Shown: in pieces, positions 1 to 9,791 of the stretch
How positions within the stretch are numbered: the stretch's first letter is position 1
How the letters are laid out: each line of letters opens with the position of its first letter
NCBI GenBank assembly: GCA_038044525.1
Contig: JBBSZV010000033.1
Span: 7,131 to 71,130 of the forward strand
Source: Nanobdellota archaeon
GTDB lineage: Archaea > Nanobdellota > Nanobdellia > Woesearchaeales > GW2011-AR9
Length of the DNA: 64,000 bases
Direction: 5' to 3'
Notes under the pieces: generated by a model
What the model was told of the DNA's origin: nothing
Seen by the model: the letters and a program-made list of their open reading frames with translations, nothing else
The model's database searches: none
Translations under genes and position numbers: made by a program

Positions 1-885
1 TCCCTTGGCCGCGAAACCGATGATGCAGCAGGACAGGAATAAGATGCTTTGGGTGTTCAGGATAAAGCTGGCTGCGAACAGCCCCGTCAAGGGGAGAGCG
101 ATGAAGAACCATTTTTTCTTCCAGCAAAAAAATAAGCCGATGATCGCCAGCATCATGGTGAAAAATCCTACCCCGCCCCAACCGCCTAAGTCAGAAATAA
201 GGTCCGGAACCACCTGCTGGATGTGGAACGGTCCCAGGACGGCCGGCTGGCGGAGATAAACGCCGTTTAATGTTAGCAGGGAGGCTAGAGCTGCCAATGT
301 CAGCAAGGAGAATTTTTCTCGGATCGTCTTATTAATAAAGAAGTACAAAGCAAGCAGCAGCAGCAGCGCTGCGGTGCTGAACAGGTCAAAAAATGCTGCG
401 GTGATGAAAGGAAGCAGGGACCAGTACCGCGATCTATCCTGGCGCAGAAGCAGGGAAAATCCTGCCAGCGATAAAAGTAAAAAAAACAACGGCCCAAAAA
501 AGGAGACCAGCGACAGTATGAATATCGGCGACATGACGGCGAATAAACCGGCGAAGAAAGTTGTTTTTTCAGAGATCTCTAATTTTTTTGCTGCATGGAG
601 GAATAAGAGCAAAGTCATCGCCGCGGCAAGCGGCGGGAGCAAAAAGTGGGCTGAAGAAGGCGTTATCGAAAGAAGGGCGGCCAGCGGATTTAAAACCAGC
701 CCCTGCTGTGAAATGGCCAGATAATAATAACTTTCCCCGCCGATAAGAAACGGTTTTCCACCGAAGTAATTGGAGATGATCTTAGCCGCGGCGATCACCA
801 ACAGCAGGGACAGCAGATATTTCTTCTGGTGTTCTAAAATATGCCTGAAGTAGCTGTTGTCTTCGATCAGATCATGGTTGGTCAT
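1..885 (-). CDS. Polytopic membrane protein, GT-C/STT3-like paralog (runs off the window start)
   Basis: Not in the ORF track. Read manually from ATG at 885 (ATGA overlap with the upstream gene's stop): MTNHDLIEDNSYFRHILEHQKKYLLSLLLVIAAAKIISNYFGGKPFLIGGESYYYL..., open and hydrophobic down to position 1. Confidence 0.7.
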   Translation of the reverse strand, partial: MTNHDLIEDNSYFRHILEHQKKYLLSLLLVIAAAKIISNYFGGKPFLIGGESYYYLAISQQGLVLNPLAALLSITPSSAHFLLPPLAAAMTLLLFLHAAKKLEISEKTTFFAGLFAVMSPIFILSLVSFFGPLFFLLLSLAGFSLLLRQDRSRYWSLLPFITAAFFDLFSTAALLLLLALYFFINKTIREKFSLLTLAALASLLTLNGVYLRQPAVLGPFHIQQVVPDLISDLGGWGGVGFFTMMLAIIGLFFCWKKKWFFIALPLTGLFAASFILNTQSILFLSCCIIGFAAKG

Positions 886-2393
886 TTTATTTCTGTCTCC
901 TCTAGCCGGCATAAGCGGCGGTAGACGATAGTTTCATTTTGATAAGCTATCTCAAAACAGCGTTTAGTGGCATACGGCAATTCTTCTTTCAGGTTATATT
1001 TTTCCTTCGCTGAAGGTGTCAAGACAAAATATTCCAACCGGTATTTCTCCGCTATTTCCACTGCTTGGGTCTGGAAGTGGGTGGTGAATAGAGAAGTGAG
1101 ATCTTGGAATCTTTTTTCCGCATCATCCACCAGCATGAAGCGGTCGTCGATGAGATTCTTGCGCTGCGCGTAGTAAGTTATCAGATGCCCTTCATCAAGC
1201 GTGGCGACTATGACCGTATCTACGGGAGAATTTTCCCAAAGCCAGCGGAAAGCGCCGATCTCTTCTTCCGAAGGGCGTTCCTGCAGCAAAGCGGCATTTA
1301 TGGCCGGAAGCACGGTCGAGATAAGGAGCAGGCTCAGGATCGTAGGGAGCAGGTATCTCTGATACTGCGCCAGCTTAGTCTTGTGGAAATATTTTTCTAA
1401 GTCCAAATAAAATGAGGAAAACAGGATGGCCAATATCACGCTGAAAAAAGCCAGCGATTGCCGGAAGCGGATCAGCCGGAGCCAGGTAAGGAGCGTCGCA
1501 GCGATGACCAGGCTGATCAACAGGAAAGCTTTCTGATTTTTTATCTGGAACAATGAGCGGTACACGACGACCGCGCCGGCAAGAAACGGTATGATGCTGA
1601 CCAGCACCAACGCTTCAGCCAAGGAGAATTTCGGGAAGTATTGGGCGATGATGCCTGAAGGCACATTCTGCCAAAGGAACGACCAGCCTTCCTCCAACAG
1701 CGATTCTTTGAAAAACAAGAACTGCACCCACAGGAAAAGGAACAGCGAGAAAAACATTATCTCTATCTCTGCCCGGTTTATCTTTTTTCCTTCCAGCAGC
1801 GAGAGAAGGACGTAGATGCCGAATCCTATCAGCAACAGCGCTGCCAAGGGGCTGGTCAGCGACAATAAAAGAAAAGAGGCGATGTAGACATATAGATACT
1901 TTGACGGATGATAATCTTTCCCCGCAGGTTCCTGGAGATTTAGGAAGGCATATATGACTATAAATGTAAGCGGGACAAATAAAGTGGTGACCGTGAATGA
2001 ATTGGTGGCGAATAATATGGGCAGGAATCCGGCGATGAAAGCGGCCAATAACGCTCCCGTCTCATGATGATAGATCTTTCTGCTGATGAGGTATGAAGTT
2101 ATGATCAGGCTGCTTATGAGCAGGTTGGGCAGGATTTTAGCGACGATCTCTAACGGGAGAAATAATCCGAAGAAGGCCATGAAATAATGGAAAAATGGCA
2201 GGAAGCGCATTTCCCTGCCGCCATATGAAAGCCCGTCATGGTACTGGGGCAATCCCGTGTCTAAAATGTGGTCGGTCTGGCGGAGATGGAAGTATGATTC
2301 GTAAGTGAATGTCGGCATCCAAAAAGCCAGAAAAAGGCGTATAAGTACTATACTGATAAAAAGTGCAATCAATATCTTGGTGTTCCGTTCCAT
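882..2393 (-). CDS. Multi-pass membrane glycosyltransferase-like protein (GT-C fold, AglB/STT3-like C-terminal domain)
   Basis: Many TM segments. N-terminal ESYFHLR loop. C-terminal AFRWLWENSP..VIVATLDEGHLITYYAQRK resembles the STT3 WWDYG region. Confidence 0.6.
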   Translation of the reverse strand: MERNTKILIALFISIVLIRLFLAFWMPTFTYESYFHLRQTDHILDTGLPQYHDGLSYGGREMRFLPFFHYFMAFFGLFLPLEIVAKILPNLLISSLIITSYLISRKIYHHETGALLAAFIAGFLPILFATNSFTVTTLFVPLTFIVIYAFLNLQEPAGKDYHPSKYLYVYIASFLLLSLTSPLAALLLIGFGIYVLLSLLEGKKINRAEIEIMFFSLFLFLWVQFLFFKESLLEEGWSFLWQNVPSGIIAQYFPKFSLAEALVLVSIIPFLAGAVVVYRSLFQIKNQKAFLLISLVIAATLLTWLRLIRFRQSLAFFSVILAILFSSFYLDLEKYFHKTKLAQYQRYLLPTILSLLLISTVLPAINAALLQERPSEEEIGAFRWLWENSPVDTVIVATLDEGHLITYYAQRKNLIDDRFMLVDDAEKRFQDLTSLFTTHFQTQAVEIAEKYRLEYFVLTPSAKEKYNLKEELPYATKRCFEIAYQNETIVYRRLCRLEETEIK

Positions 2394-2521
2394 CTCTTTT
2401 TAAGCATAAGAATACTTTTTATTTTATAAATTATGTGATTAAGGCAGGATTCTGGCGGGAGCCATAACCTCATCCTAAAATATTAGAAATATTTATATTT
2501 GATCTGCTTTGTGAAGTGAGC

Positions 2522-3193
2522 ATGGATAAAGTCCCAACGGGAGCAGGATTTCTGGATAATCTTCTGGAAGGCGGATATGATAATGACATCATCACCACTA
2601 TTTTCGGCCCTGCCGGAGCAGGGAAAACTAATTTCTGTATCCTGGCGGCAGTAAGGATGGCCGAATCCGGGAAAAAAGTGCTCTTTGTGGATACCGAAGG
2701 CGGGATCGCAGTAGAGAGGATAAAACAGATCAGCTCTGATCACGAAAAAGTGTTGCAGAGGATATTTTTCTTTAATCCGGTAACTTTTGCCGAACAGAAT
2801 GAGGCGTTTGAAAAGCTGAACGGGCTGGTCAATGAAAGCGTAGGGATGATAGTGGTGGATTCCATCTCCATGCTGTACCGCCTAGAATTAGGGAAAAATG
2901 AGGAAGTGTATGAAGTAAATTCCGCGTTGGGGAGGCAGATGGCTTATCTGGTAGAGATCGCCCGGAAGAAGAAGATACCGGTTTTGATAACCAACCAAGT
3001 ATATACTGATTTTGATCATCGTGATGAAGTAAAGATGGTCGGCGGGGATCTGCTTAGATATGGCAGCAAGTGCCTGATCGAGCTTAAAACTTTCCATAAC
3101 TGCCGCGGCCTCATCCTCAGGAAACACCGTTCACTGCCGGAAGGTCGGGAAGCCAGGTTCAGGATTGTGCAGAAAGGGATGGAGGAAGTCTGA
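2522..3193 (+). CDS. radB: DNA repair/recombination protein RadB
   Basis: KVPTG...LDNLLEGG, Walker A GPAGAGKT, FVDTEGG, IVVDS, ITNQVY, basic KHR patch. No N-terminal RadA domain. Confidence 0.92.
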   Translation: MDKVPTGAGFLDNLLEGGYDNDIITTIFGPAGAGKTNFCILAAVRMAESGKKVLFVDTEGGIAVERIKQISSDHEKVLQRIFFFNPVTFAEQNEAFEKLNGLVNESVGMIVVDSISMLYRLELGKNEEVYEVNSALGRQMAYLVEIARKKKIPVLITNQVYTDFDHRDEVKMVGGDLLRYGSKCLIELKTFHNCRGLILRKHRSLPEGREARFRIVQKGMEEV

Positions 3194-3546
3194 TGGACCC
3201 AGATTATCTGATCATATCGATGATCGCTTTGAATCCCAGATACGAAGCGGCGGCGCAGCATAGTTTTTCGCGCCAGGATTTCACCAGCCGGGTGCTTTCA
3301 AAATATCCTGATGAGATTCTTCAACAGGCCAGGATAATGCCGCATGATTTATACGGTGATTCCCACGCCTTTGACCAGGCATTGGCGGCGCTGGTCCGCA
3401 GAGGGGTATTGAAGTATTGGACTGACGGCTCTTTGAGTTGGAATTTTCCTTTGGTGCCACGGGAGTATTTTTGGACTTATATCCGTCCGGAATTAGATGA
3501 AGTGGGATTCGGAAAATTAGAGAAGTTTGCCCTTTCGGTGTGGTAG
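3193..3546 (+). CDS. Hypothetical protein (possible winged helix)
   Basis: 117-aa ORF whose ATG overlaps the radB stop. Confidence 0.6.
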   Translation: MDPDYLIISMIALNPRYEAAAQHSFSRQDFTSRVLSKYPDEILQQARIMPHDLYGDSHAFDQALAALVRRGVLKYWTDGSLSWNFPLVPREYFWTYIRPELDEVGFGKLEKFALSVW

Positions 3547-3575
3547 CGAGGTTTGACTGAATTATTCGCAAAATC

Positions 3576-3715
3576 TTTATAAAGTGCCGTTGAAATCAGG
3601 AGTATAAAGCCGACATCTTTCCTGAGAGTTGGGAAGATACAGCTGTGTTGAGGCAAAAGAAAAACACAGACAAGAAGACTTATTCTTGTTTGTATAATTG
3701 AGCGAGGCAAACAAA
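3576..3715 (+). promoter_or_regulatory. TATA box plus structured 5' leader of rps2 (three hairpins)
   Basis: TTTATAAA at 3576-3583. Stems 3615-22/3631-38, 3643-49/3663-69 and 3670-76/3683-89. Confidence 0.5.
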
Positions 3716-4321
3716 ATGACTGAACAACAAGAAGAATTATTGCTCGATTCTAACGAGTATCTGAAATCTGGCATCCATATAGGAACCAAATTCAAGAACA
3801 AATACATGGCCAATTTCATCTATAAGACCAGGCCGGACGGATTAAGCGTCTTGAACCTGAAAGAGATTGACAAGAGGCTGGGCTTGGCAGCAAACCTGCT
3901 GGCTAAATATGAGCCGCAGGATATCTTGGTCGTCAGCAGAAGGGAAAACGGATGGAAAGGCCTGAAGAAGCTGCAGGAGCTTACCGGAATAAGGATCATC
4001 GTCGGCAGATATCCGCCAGGAATATTGACCAATACTAACCTAGCCACTTTCTGGGAGCCAAAAATAATCTTTGTCTGCGATCCGTGGACGGACAAGAATG
4101 CGGTGCAGGATGCGGCTAAGATCGGAATTCCGGTCATCGCTCTCTGCGACACCAACAATCAGGCTAATGATGTCGATCTGGTAGTTCCCTGCAACAATAA
4201 AGGGAAAAAATCAGTCGGATTGGTATTTTATGTCATCGCCCGTGAATTCATGCGCAAGAAAGGATTGCTGCGCGGCGATGAAGAAATGCCGGTCAAGATG
4301 GAAGATTTCATCGAGGAATAG
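3716..4321 (+). CDS. rps2: 30S ribosomal protein uS2 (archaeal type)
   Basis: YLKSGIHIGTK, FIYKTRPDGL, GRYPPGILTN, IPVIALCDTNN, VPCNNKG. ATG at 3716 follows GAGG. Confidence 0.97.
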   Translation: MTEQQEELLLDSNEYLKSGIHIGTKFKNKYMANFIYKTRPDGLSVLNLKEIDKRLGLAANLLAKYEPQDILVVSRRENGWKGLKKLQELTGIRIIVGRYPPGILTNTNLATFWEPKIIFVCDPWTDKNAVQDAAKIGIPVIALCDTNNQANDVDLVVPCNNKGKKSVGLVFYVIAREFMRKKGLLRGDEEMPVKMEDFIEE

Positions 4322-4348
4322 ATTTTTTAATTTATTTTTTTAATTATT

Positions 4349-4906
4349 ATGGCAGCTACCGCAAGTTCTTCTTGGAAAGAACTGGATGGATATGTTAGTA
4401 AGTTAATCCAGGTCTTTCCGAATTTGCAGATCTGGAAAGATATTGAGCGGAAACCGATAACTGTTTCTTCAATAGATCATTTGATCAGTGATGGCCTGAA
4501 CTTGATAGAAGATTCTACCATTACCGTTTTTACCGGCGGAATCGTTATTGAAGAGGAAACAAAAAAGATGGTCATCTTGTTAAAAGCAGGACTTGATTCC
4601 TACAACCGTGATGTAACTCTTTTTCATGAATTAGCTCATCTTCATCATCCGATTTACTTAAGCAGAAGAAGTAATGAATTTGACGGTTTTGTTTCCTATG
4701 CTGAGGAAACTGCAAGAGAAGCGATTACAGAATGGCTGGGAAGAAAAGCGAGAGCTGATCCGGAATTATTACGGCATGCGGTTCTTTCTTTCGGTTTGGA
4801 AGCGCAGGTTTATGATAAATCCAGTTACCAAGCTTTTCAGAAAATAATAAGGGGCCAGCAATGTTTCCCCTTCATGGAACAAGAATATCCCGTCTTGATG
4901 GATTAA
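4349..4906 (+). CDS. Hypothetical HEXXH (ImmA/IrrE-like zincin) protein
   Basis: TLFHELAHLH motif with a downstream Glu (ARE). Confidence 0.6.
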   Translation: MAATASSSWKELDGYVSKLIQVFPNLQIWKDIERKPITVSSIDHLISDGLNLIEDSTITVFTGGIVIEEETKKMVILLKAGLDSYNRDVTLFHELAHLHHPIYLSRRSNEFDGFVSYAEETAREAITEWLGRKARADPELLRHAVLSFGLEAQVYDKSSYQAFQKIIRGQQCFPFMEQEYPVLMD

Positions 4907-4955
4907 CATTTTCGTTGCATAACTTTTAAAAACGTTTTTCCTTCTGTTTTAATAC

Positions 4956-5924
4956 ATGAAGAAAATAGTGGTCATCGGCGGAGGGACCGGAAATTTCACC
5001 GTTCTCAGCGGGCTTAAGAAATATAACATCGACCTGAGCGCGGTAGTGTCCATGGCGGATGACGGAGGAAGCACCGGAATCCTTCGCGACGAATTAGGCG
5101 TTTTACCTCCCGGCGATGTGCGGCAGTGTCTCGTGGCATTATCAGATTCCAGCAGATTGATGAGAAGCCTGATGAATTATCGGTTTGAGAATGGAAGCTT
5201 GCAGGGGCACAGCTTCGGCAATCTGCTCCTGTCAGCGTTAGAGAAAGTCACCGGCAGCTTTGACCGGGCGGTGGAAGAGATGGGCCGCATCATGGTCATC
5301 AAGGGAAAAGTGATTCCGGTGACGACTAACAAAGTCCATCTGAAAATGATCCTCCGCAGCAATAAGATGCTGGAAGGAGAGCATGAGATAGATGTGTCGT
5401 CGGAGATCGACCGTGGTTTCCAGAGCATTTATCTGGAGCCGTTTCCGCAGGCGAACACCAGGGCCATAGACCAAATAATGACTGCTGACCTGGTGGTGTT
5501 AAGTCCGGGAGATCTTTATACGTCGTTAATCCCGAATCTGCTGGTCGACGGTGTAAGCAAGGCCTTGCGCGAGACTGGCGCGAAGAAAGCATTGGTGGTC
5601 AATCTGATGAACAAGCACGGGCATACCACTAATTTCAAAGCCGGAGATTACCTGCGCGAGATCAAACGTTTTGTGGGGAAGGACGTTTTTGATTACATCA
5701 TCGTCAATAACAGCAAACTGCCGGAAGAATTAATCCAGCTATACGAGACGGAAGGAGATCCGGTGGAAAATGATTTAATCCCTGATCCGCGGGTTATTGC
5801 AGCGGATGTTTTAAGCAACGAAACAGTCCCGTTGCAGAAAACTGACACCCTGAAACGGAGCCTGATCCGCCACGATTCCCGCAAATTAGCTGAGGAGTTG
5901 ATGAAAATTGTTGATAGTTTTTGA
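4956..5924 (+). CDS. yvcK: YvcK/GlmR family (CofD-like) UDP-sugar-binding protein
   Basis: IVVIGGGTG, MADDGGSTGILR, LPPGDVRQCL, GHSFGNL, PGDLYTSLIPNL, IRHD. Confidence 0.9.
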   Translation: MKKIVVIGGGTGNFTVLSGLKKYNIDLSAVVSMADDGGSTGILRDELGVLPPGDVRQCLVALSDSSRLMRSLMNYRFENGSLQGHSFGNLLLSALEKVTGSFDRAVEEMGRIMVIKGKVIPVTTNKVHLKMILRSNKMLEGEHEIDVSSEIDRGFQSIYLEPFPQANTRAIDQIMTADLVVLSPGDLYTSLIPNLLVDGVSKALRETGAKKALVVNLMNKHGHTTNFKAGDYLREIKRFVGKDVFDYIIVNNSKLPEELIQLYETEGDPVENDLIPDPRVIAADVLSNETVPLQKTDTLKRSLIRHDSRKLAEELMKIVDSF

Positions 5925-6378
5925 CCTTGATGATACTTTGTTCCATACCGGCGGACAGATGAGGTATGAGACCAGATGGCAGGATGTGAAAAGCATCACT
6001 CCTTTTTCCGGCGTGCATGATTTTCTCAGTTCCTTTCCGGCAAAAAAGATACTGCTTACTTTTGAAACTGATGACGGCCTTCAGGATATGAAAATAAATC
6101 ATCTGGGAATCCGTTCTTTTTTTGATGAAATCTTGATATGTCATTCTAATGAAGAAAAGAAACAGTGCTTGGGAAATCTCAAACGCAAATATTCTGATGA
6201 AGAGATCTGCGTGGTCGGCGACCGGATCGACGCGGAAATCCAATACGGGAATGAGCTTGGTCTGAAGACCGTGCGGTTGAGCTGCGGAAAATATAAAGAT
6301 ATGATGCCGCAGCATGAATCACAAAAAGCAAACCATACTATAACTGATTTTTCTCAATTAAGGAGCGTTTTAAAATGA
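5908..6378 (+). CDS. HAD-superfamily phosphatase
   Basis: VFDLDDTL motif I and VVGDRIDAEI motif IV. Confidence 0.85.
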   Translation: MLIVFDLDDTLFHTGGQMRYETRWQDVKSITPFSGVHDFLSSFPAKKILLTFETDDGLQDMKINHLGIRSFFDEILICHSNEEKKQCLGNLKRKYSDEEICVVGDRIDAEIQYGNELGLKTVRLSCGKYKDMMPQHESQKANHTITDFSQLRSVLK

Positions 6379-7064
6379 AAGCAGTCATTCTGGCGGCGGG
6401 AAAAGGATTGCGGATGCTTCCCTTGACCAGGGATAAGCCGAAAACGTTGATAGAAATAAATGGGAAACCTTTTTTGTCTTACCTATTAGAGCATTTGCAG
6501 AAGGCCGGGATCACCGAGACGGCTATCGTGGCAGGATATAAAATAGAAAAAATTGCCGAGTTTGCTAAAAAACATGATGCGGCTATCACTCTCATCGAAC
6601 AGCAGCAGCTGCGAGGCACGGGAGATGCGGTGATGAAAGCAAAGGAATTTGTCGACGGAGAGGATTTCATAATGCTGGGCGGCGATAATCTTTTCTCTCC
6701 GGCAGACCTGCAGGCGATACAGAAAGATGATGAATATTGTTATGTGGGCGGATGGAAAACGGCCAACCCGGAAAAGTACGGGGTCATGGTCTGCACGGGA
6801 AATGTCCTTTTGAAGATCATTGAAAAGCCCAAAACTTTTGTCGGCGACCTGATCAATGCCGGGCTGTATAAATTCACGCCGGACATATTTGAAGCGTTAG
6901 GAAAGATCGGGCTTTCAGAGCGCGGAGAGCTGGAACTGACTGATGCGATTTCCCTGCTGGCGGAAAGCCGGAAAGTGAAAGTGATGATGCTGCAGGATTA
7001 CTGGCTGGATCTGGGAACGAAAGAAGACGTGCCTAAAGTGGAAGCGTTTTTGAAGAAGTTATAA
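6375..7064 (+). CDS. Sugar-1-phosphate nucleotidyltransferase (RmlA/GlmU-N-like, no beta-helix domain)
   Basis: AVILAAGKGLRMLPLT..PKTL, GTGDAV, IIEKP, SERGELELTDAI, WLDLG. Confidence 0.88.
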   Translation: MKAVILAAGKGLRMLPLTRDKPKTLIEINGKPFLSYLLEHLQKAGITETAIVAGYKIEKIAEFAKKHDAAITLIEQQQLRGTGDAVMKAKEFVDGEDFIMLGGDNLFSPADLQAIQKDDEYCYVGGWKTANPEKYGVMVCTGNVLLKIIEKPKTFVGDLINAGLYKFTPDIFEALGKIGLSERGELELTDAISLLAESRKVKVMMLQDYWLDLGTKEDVPKVEAFLKKL

Positions 7065-7188
7065 GGTAAAAGATATCTTTATAAGCAAAATAGTCTTTTC
7101 TGTAGTAAAAAGAGGTGTTAATGGTGTTGATTATAGTGTTAAACAATAGAAATCTTAATAAAATCCTCTCTTTCTGCCCTATCTGGGG

Positions 7189-7437
7189 GTGCAAGATTTG
7201 AAATTGGGTAATATAACCTTCAGTAAGAACGTTCGAGAAGACATATTAGAGCTATTTGGTAAAAGTTTAGACGAAGAAGGATTTATTGTAGAAAAAGACG
7301 ATACTTCTCAGCGGGTTCTTACTCCAAAAGGTGAAGAAATCCATATCGATGAATGGGCCGGCGTAGTTAAAGGTTCTGAAGCTTTTGTTAAGAATGACGC
7401 TCTTTCTTTAATTGAACTTGCAAAAAAATTAGAATGA
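7189..7437 (+). CDS. Hypothetical small acidic protein
   Basis: 82-aa ORF with GTG start, coupled to the next ORF by an ATGA overlap. AT-rich. Confidence 0.65.
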   Translation: MQDLKLGNITFSKNVREDILELFGKSLDEEGFIVEKDDTSQRVLTPKGEEIHIDEWAGVVKGSEAFVKNDALSLIELAKKLE

Positions 7438-8252
7438 ATCTTATTCTTGATAAGTTGAAAACAATATTTCACGGTAAGTTTGATGATATTTTATCAAATA
7501 ATAACATCAAGATTTTCGATTTTTCTAAAAATACAACGAATATACTTGAAATTAAAGATGGCCAGAAACTTGATATTGATTTAGGTAAAGCCAATGCAGA
7601 AGAAAAAAAATTAGTAAAAGAAAGAATTATAGATTTAATGGTTCAAAGCGAAAATGGGGCATTTCTGTCTGCTGATTCCTTCCAAAAGACTAAAAAAATT
7701 AAGTCAAATCTTCCTACCGGAGAAGATGAGGAGCTATTAAAATTCTATAAAGATAAACTTAAACTTGAAATGTATAAAGCATTGGAAGCTTCTCTTGTCG
7801 TACGAAATGCTTTTAAAAAAGGTGAGGAAATAACTGATCTTAAAAAAGATATATCTAAACTTTACCCTACTTTTGGTAAAAATATTTGCAATTTAGTGAC
7901 TAGGGAATATTTTCATACTCACTTTAAAGATTTATACGATAGCATGATCGAAGATCAAGATTTTGATATTAATCTCTATCAAAGAAAAGTAGAAAAAATT
8001 GTTCAGTCTCTTCCTTATACAGTTTTCGTAACGAGATATAGGTCTTATGATGATCTAAGTGGTGAAGTGAGATTTAAACTTGAAAAATTAAATAAATATG
8101 GGGCCGGCAGATTATTACTCCACGGCTTAGGAAGGGAAAATGTCAGTGCTACTTTAAATCTCTTAGAAGAATACAAAGATGATAAAAGCATCACTATCCA
8201 AAAAGAATTAAATCCTGGAGGAACAATCATTACAGCAACTCTAATTTTCTGA
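7434..8252 (+). CDS. Hypothetical protein (AT-rich cassette)
   Basis: 272-aa ORF, no motif recognised. Confidence 0.7.
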   Translation: MNLILDKLKTIFHGKFDDILSNNNIKIFDFSKNTTNILEIKDGQKLDIDLGKANAEEKKLVKERIIDLMVQSENGAFLSADSFQKTKKIKSNLPTGEDEELLKFYKDKLKLEMYKALEASLVVRNAFKKGEEITDLKKDISKLYPTFGKNICNLVTREYFHTHFKDLYDSMIEDQDFDINLYQRKVEKIVQSLPYTVFVTRYRSYDDLSGEVRFKLEKLNKYGAGRLLLHGLGRENVSATLNLLEEYKDDKSITIQKELNPGGTIITATLIF

Positions 8253-8309
8253 GAAACCGACCTAAAACTATATAAAATCAAACTTCTTTGTTTGAGCAAA
8301 AGAGGCATT

Positions 8310-9791
8310 ATGGTCAAGTTTAAAGTAAAGGATATGGATATAGCTACAGGAGGAATCTTTGTAGCTATCCTCAATCAGAAAGATGCGCACAAGCTGGACC
8401 TGCATTCCGGCGATCGTATCTTAGTCAAACACAACAGCAAATCCATCACTTGCATTTTAGACATTTCTCAAAGCAATAAAGCGGTTCCTGAAGGAAAAGT
8501 GGGCTTATTTGAAGAAGTTTTAACCAAACTTCATATCAAGCAAGGCGCAGCAGTTGAAGTAAAACTCACTGAAAAGCCGGAATCAGTAAAACATATCCGC
8601 GATAAATTGTTCGGCAAGGAACTTAATTACACGGAATTGTATCACATCACTGATGACATCACTCACGATCGGTTGACCGACATCGAAAAAACTTACTTCG
8701 TGGCTGCATCATTCATCCATAAATTAAGTGTGCGTGAAATAGTATGGCTGACCAAAGCGATGGTGTTGACCGGGCGGCAATTAAAGTTTAAGGGAGTAAC
8801 TTTAGACAAGCACAGTATCGGCGGAGTGCCCGGCAATAGAACTACCATGGTGGTAATTCCTATAGTAGCTGCTGCCGGCTATACCATTCCCAAAACAAGT
8901 TCACGTGCCATCACTTCCCCGGCCGGGACAGCTGACACCATGGAATGTTTAGCAAAAGTAGAATTATCTGAATCCAAAATAAGGCAGATAGTGCGGAAAA
9001 CGGGAGCCTGCATAGTACACGGCGGCTCGATGAATTTAGCTCCTGCCGACGACAAAATAATCGATGTTGAACATCCTCTCTCAATCGATGCCGAAGGGCA
9101 GTTGCTGGCTTCAGTCATGGCCAAAAAACATTCGGTCGGCGCCAATCATGTGCTGATCGATATTCCCATGGGCAGAAGCACTAAAGCGAGAACTAGGAGC
9201 GAAGCAAAGCATCTAAAGAAGATGTTTGAGCTTATCGGAAGGAAGTTAGGCATAAATGTCCGGGTGATAATCACGGACGGCTCGCATCCAATAGGGAATG
9301 GAATAGGGCCGTTGTTAGAAGCTGAGGATGTCATGGCGGTATTACGCAATGATCCTTTAGCGCCGTCAGATCTGAAAGAGAAATCATTGATGATGGCCGG
9401 AATTCTGCTGGAGATGGCCCAGTGCTGCACGGTCGGCGAAGGAAGAAAGCTTGCTCAGGAGATGTTGGAAAGCGGGAAAGCATTAAAGAAAATGGACAAT
9501 ATTATTCTGGCGCAAGGGAAGCAGAAAATGCCGGCATTGGGAAAATACCGTTTCGCGGTTAAAAGCAGCAAATCTGGTAAAATAACTGAAATAGATAATG
9601 AAATTATCGCTAAAATAGCTAGGATAGCTGGGGCTCCAGATGATAAAGGAGCAGGGCTGTACCTGTCAAAGAAAATTAATGTTCACGTGCAGAAGGGGCA
9701 GTTGTTGTACACCATCTATGCAGAAAGCCAGTTCAAATTGGATCGGGCGAAGGAGTTTGCAGCTTCCAATAATGGTTATGCGGTGAAATAA
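8310..9791 (+). CDS. AMP phosphorylase / thymidine phosphorylase family
   Basis: N-terminal double-psi barrel-like extension, DKHSIGGVPGNRTT, IPKTSSRAITSPAGTADTME, LAPADD, GAPDDKGAG. Confidence 0.92.
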   Translation: MVKFKVKDMDIATGGIFVAILNQKDAHKLDLHSGDRILVKHNSKSITCILDISQSNKAVPEGKVGLFEEVLTKLHIKQGAAVEVKLTEKPESVKHIRDKLFGKELNYTELYHITDDITHDRLTDIEKTYFVAASFIHKLSVREIVWLTKAMVLTGRQLKFKGVTLDKHSIGGVPGNRTTMVVIPIVAAAGYTIPKTSSRAITSPAGTADTMECLAKVELSESKIRQIVRKTGACIVHGGSMNLAPADDKIIDVEHPLSIDAEGQLLASVMAKKHSVGANHVLIDIPMGRSTKARTRSEAKHLKKMFELIGRKLGINVRVIITDGSHPIGNGIGPLLEAEDVMAVLRNDPLAPSDLKEKSLMMAGILLEMAQCCTVGEGRKLAQEMLESGKALKKMDNIILAQGKQKMPALGKYRFAVKSSKSGKITEIDNEIIAKIARIAGAPDDKGAGLYLSKKINVHVQKGQLLYTIYAESQFKLDRAKEFAASNNGYAVK

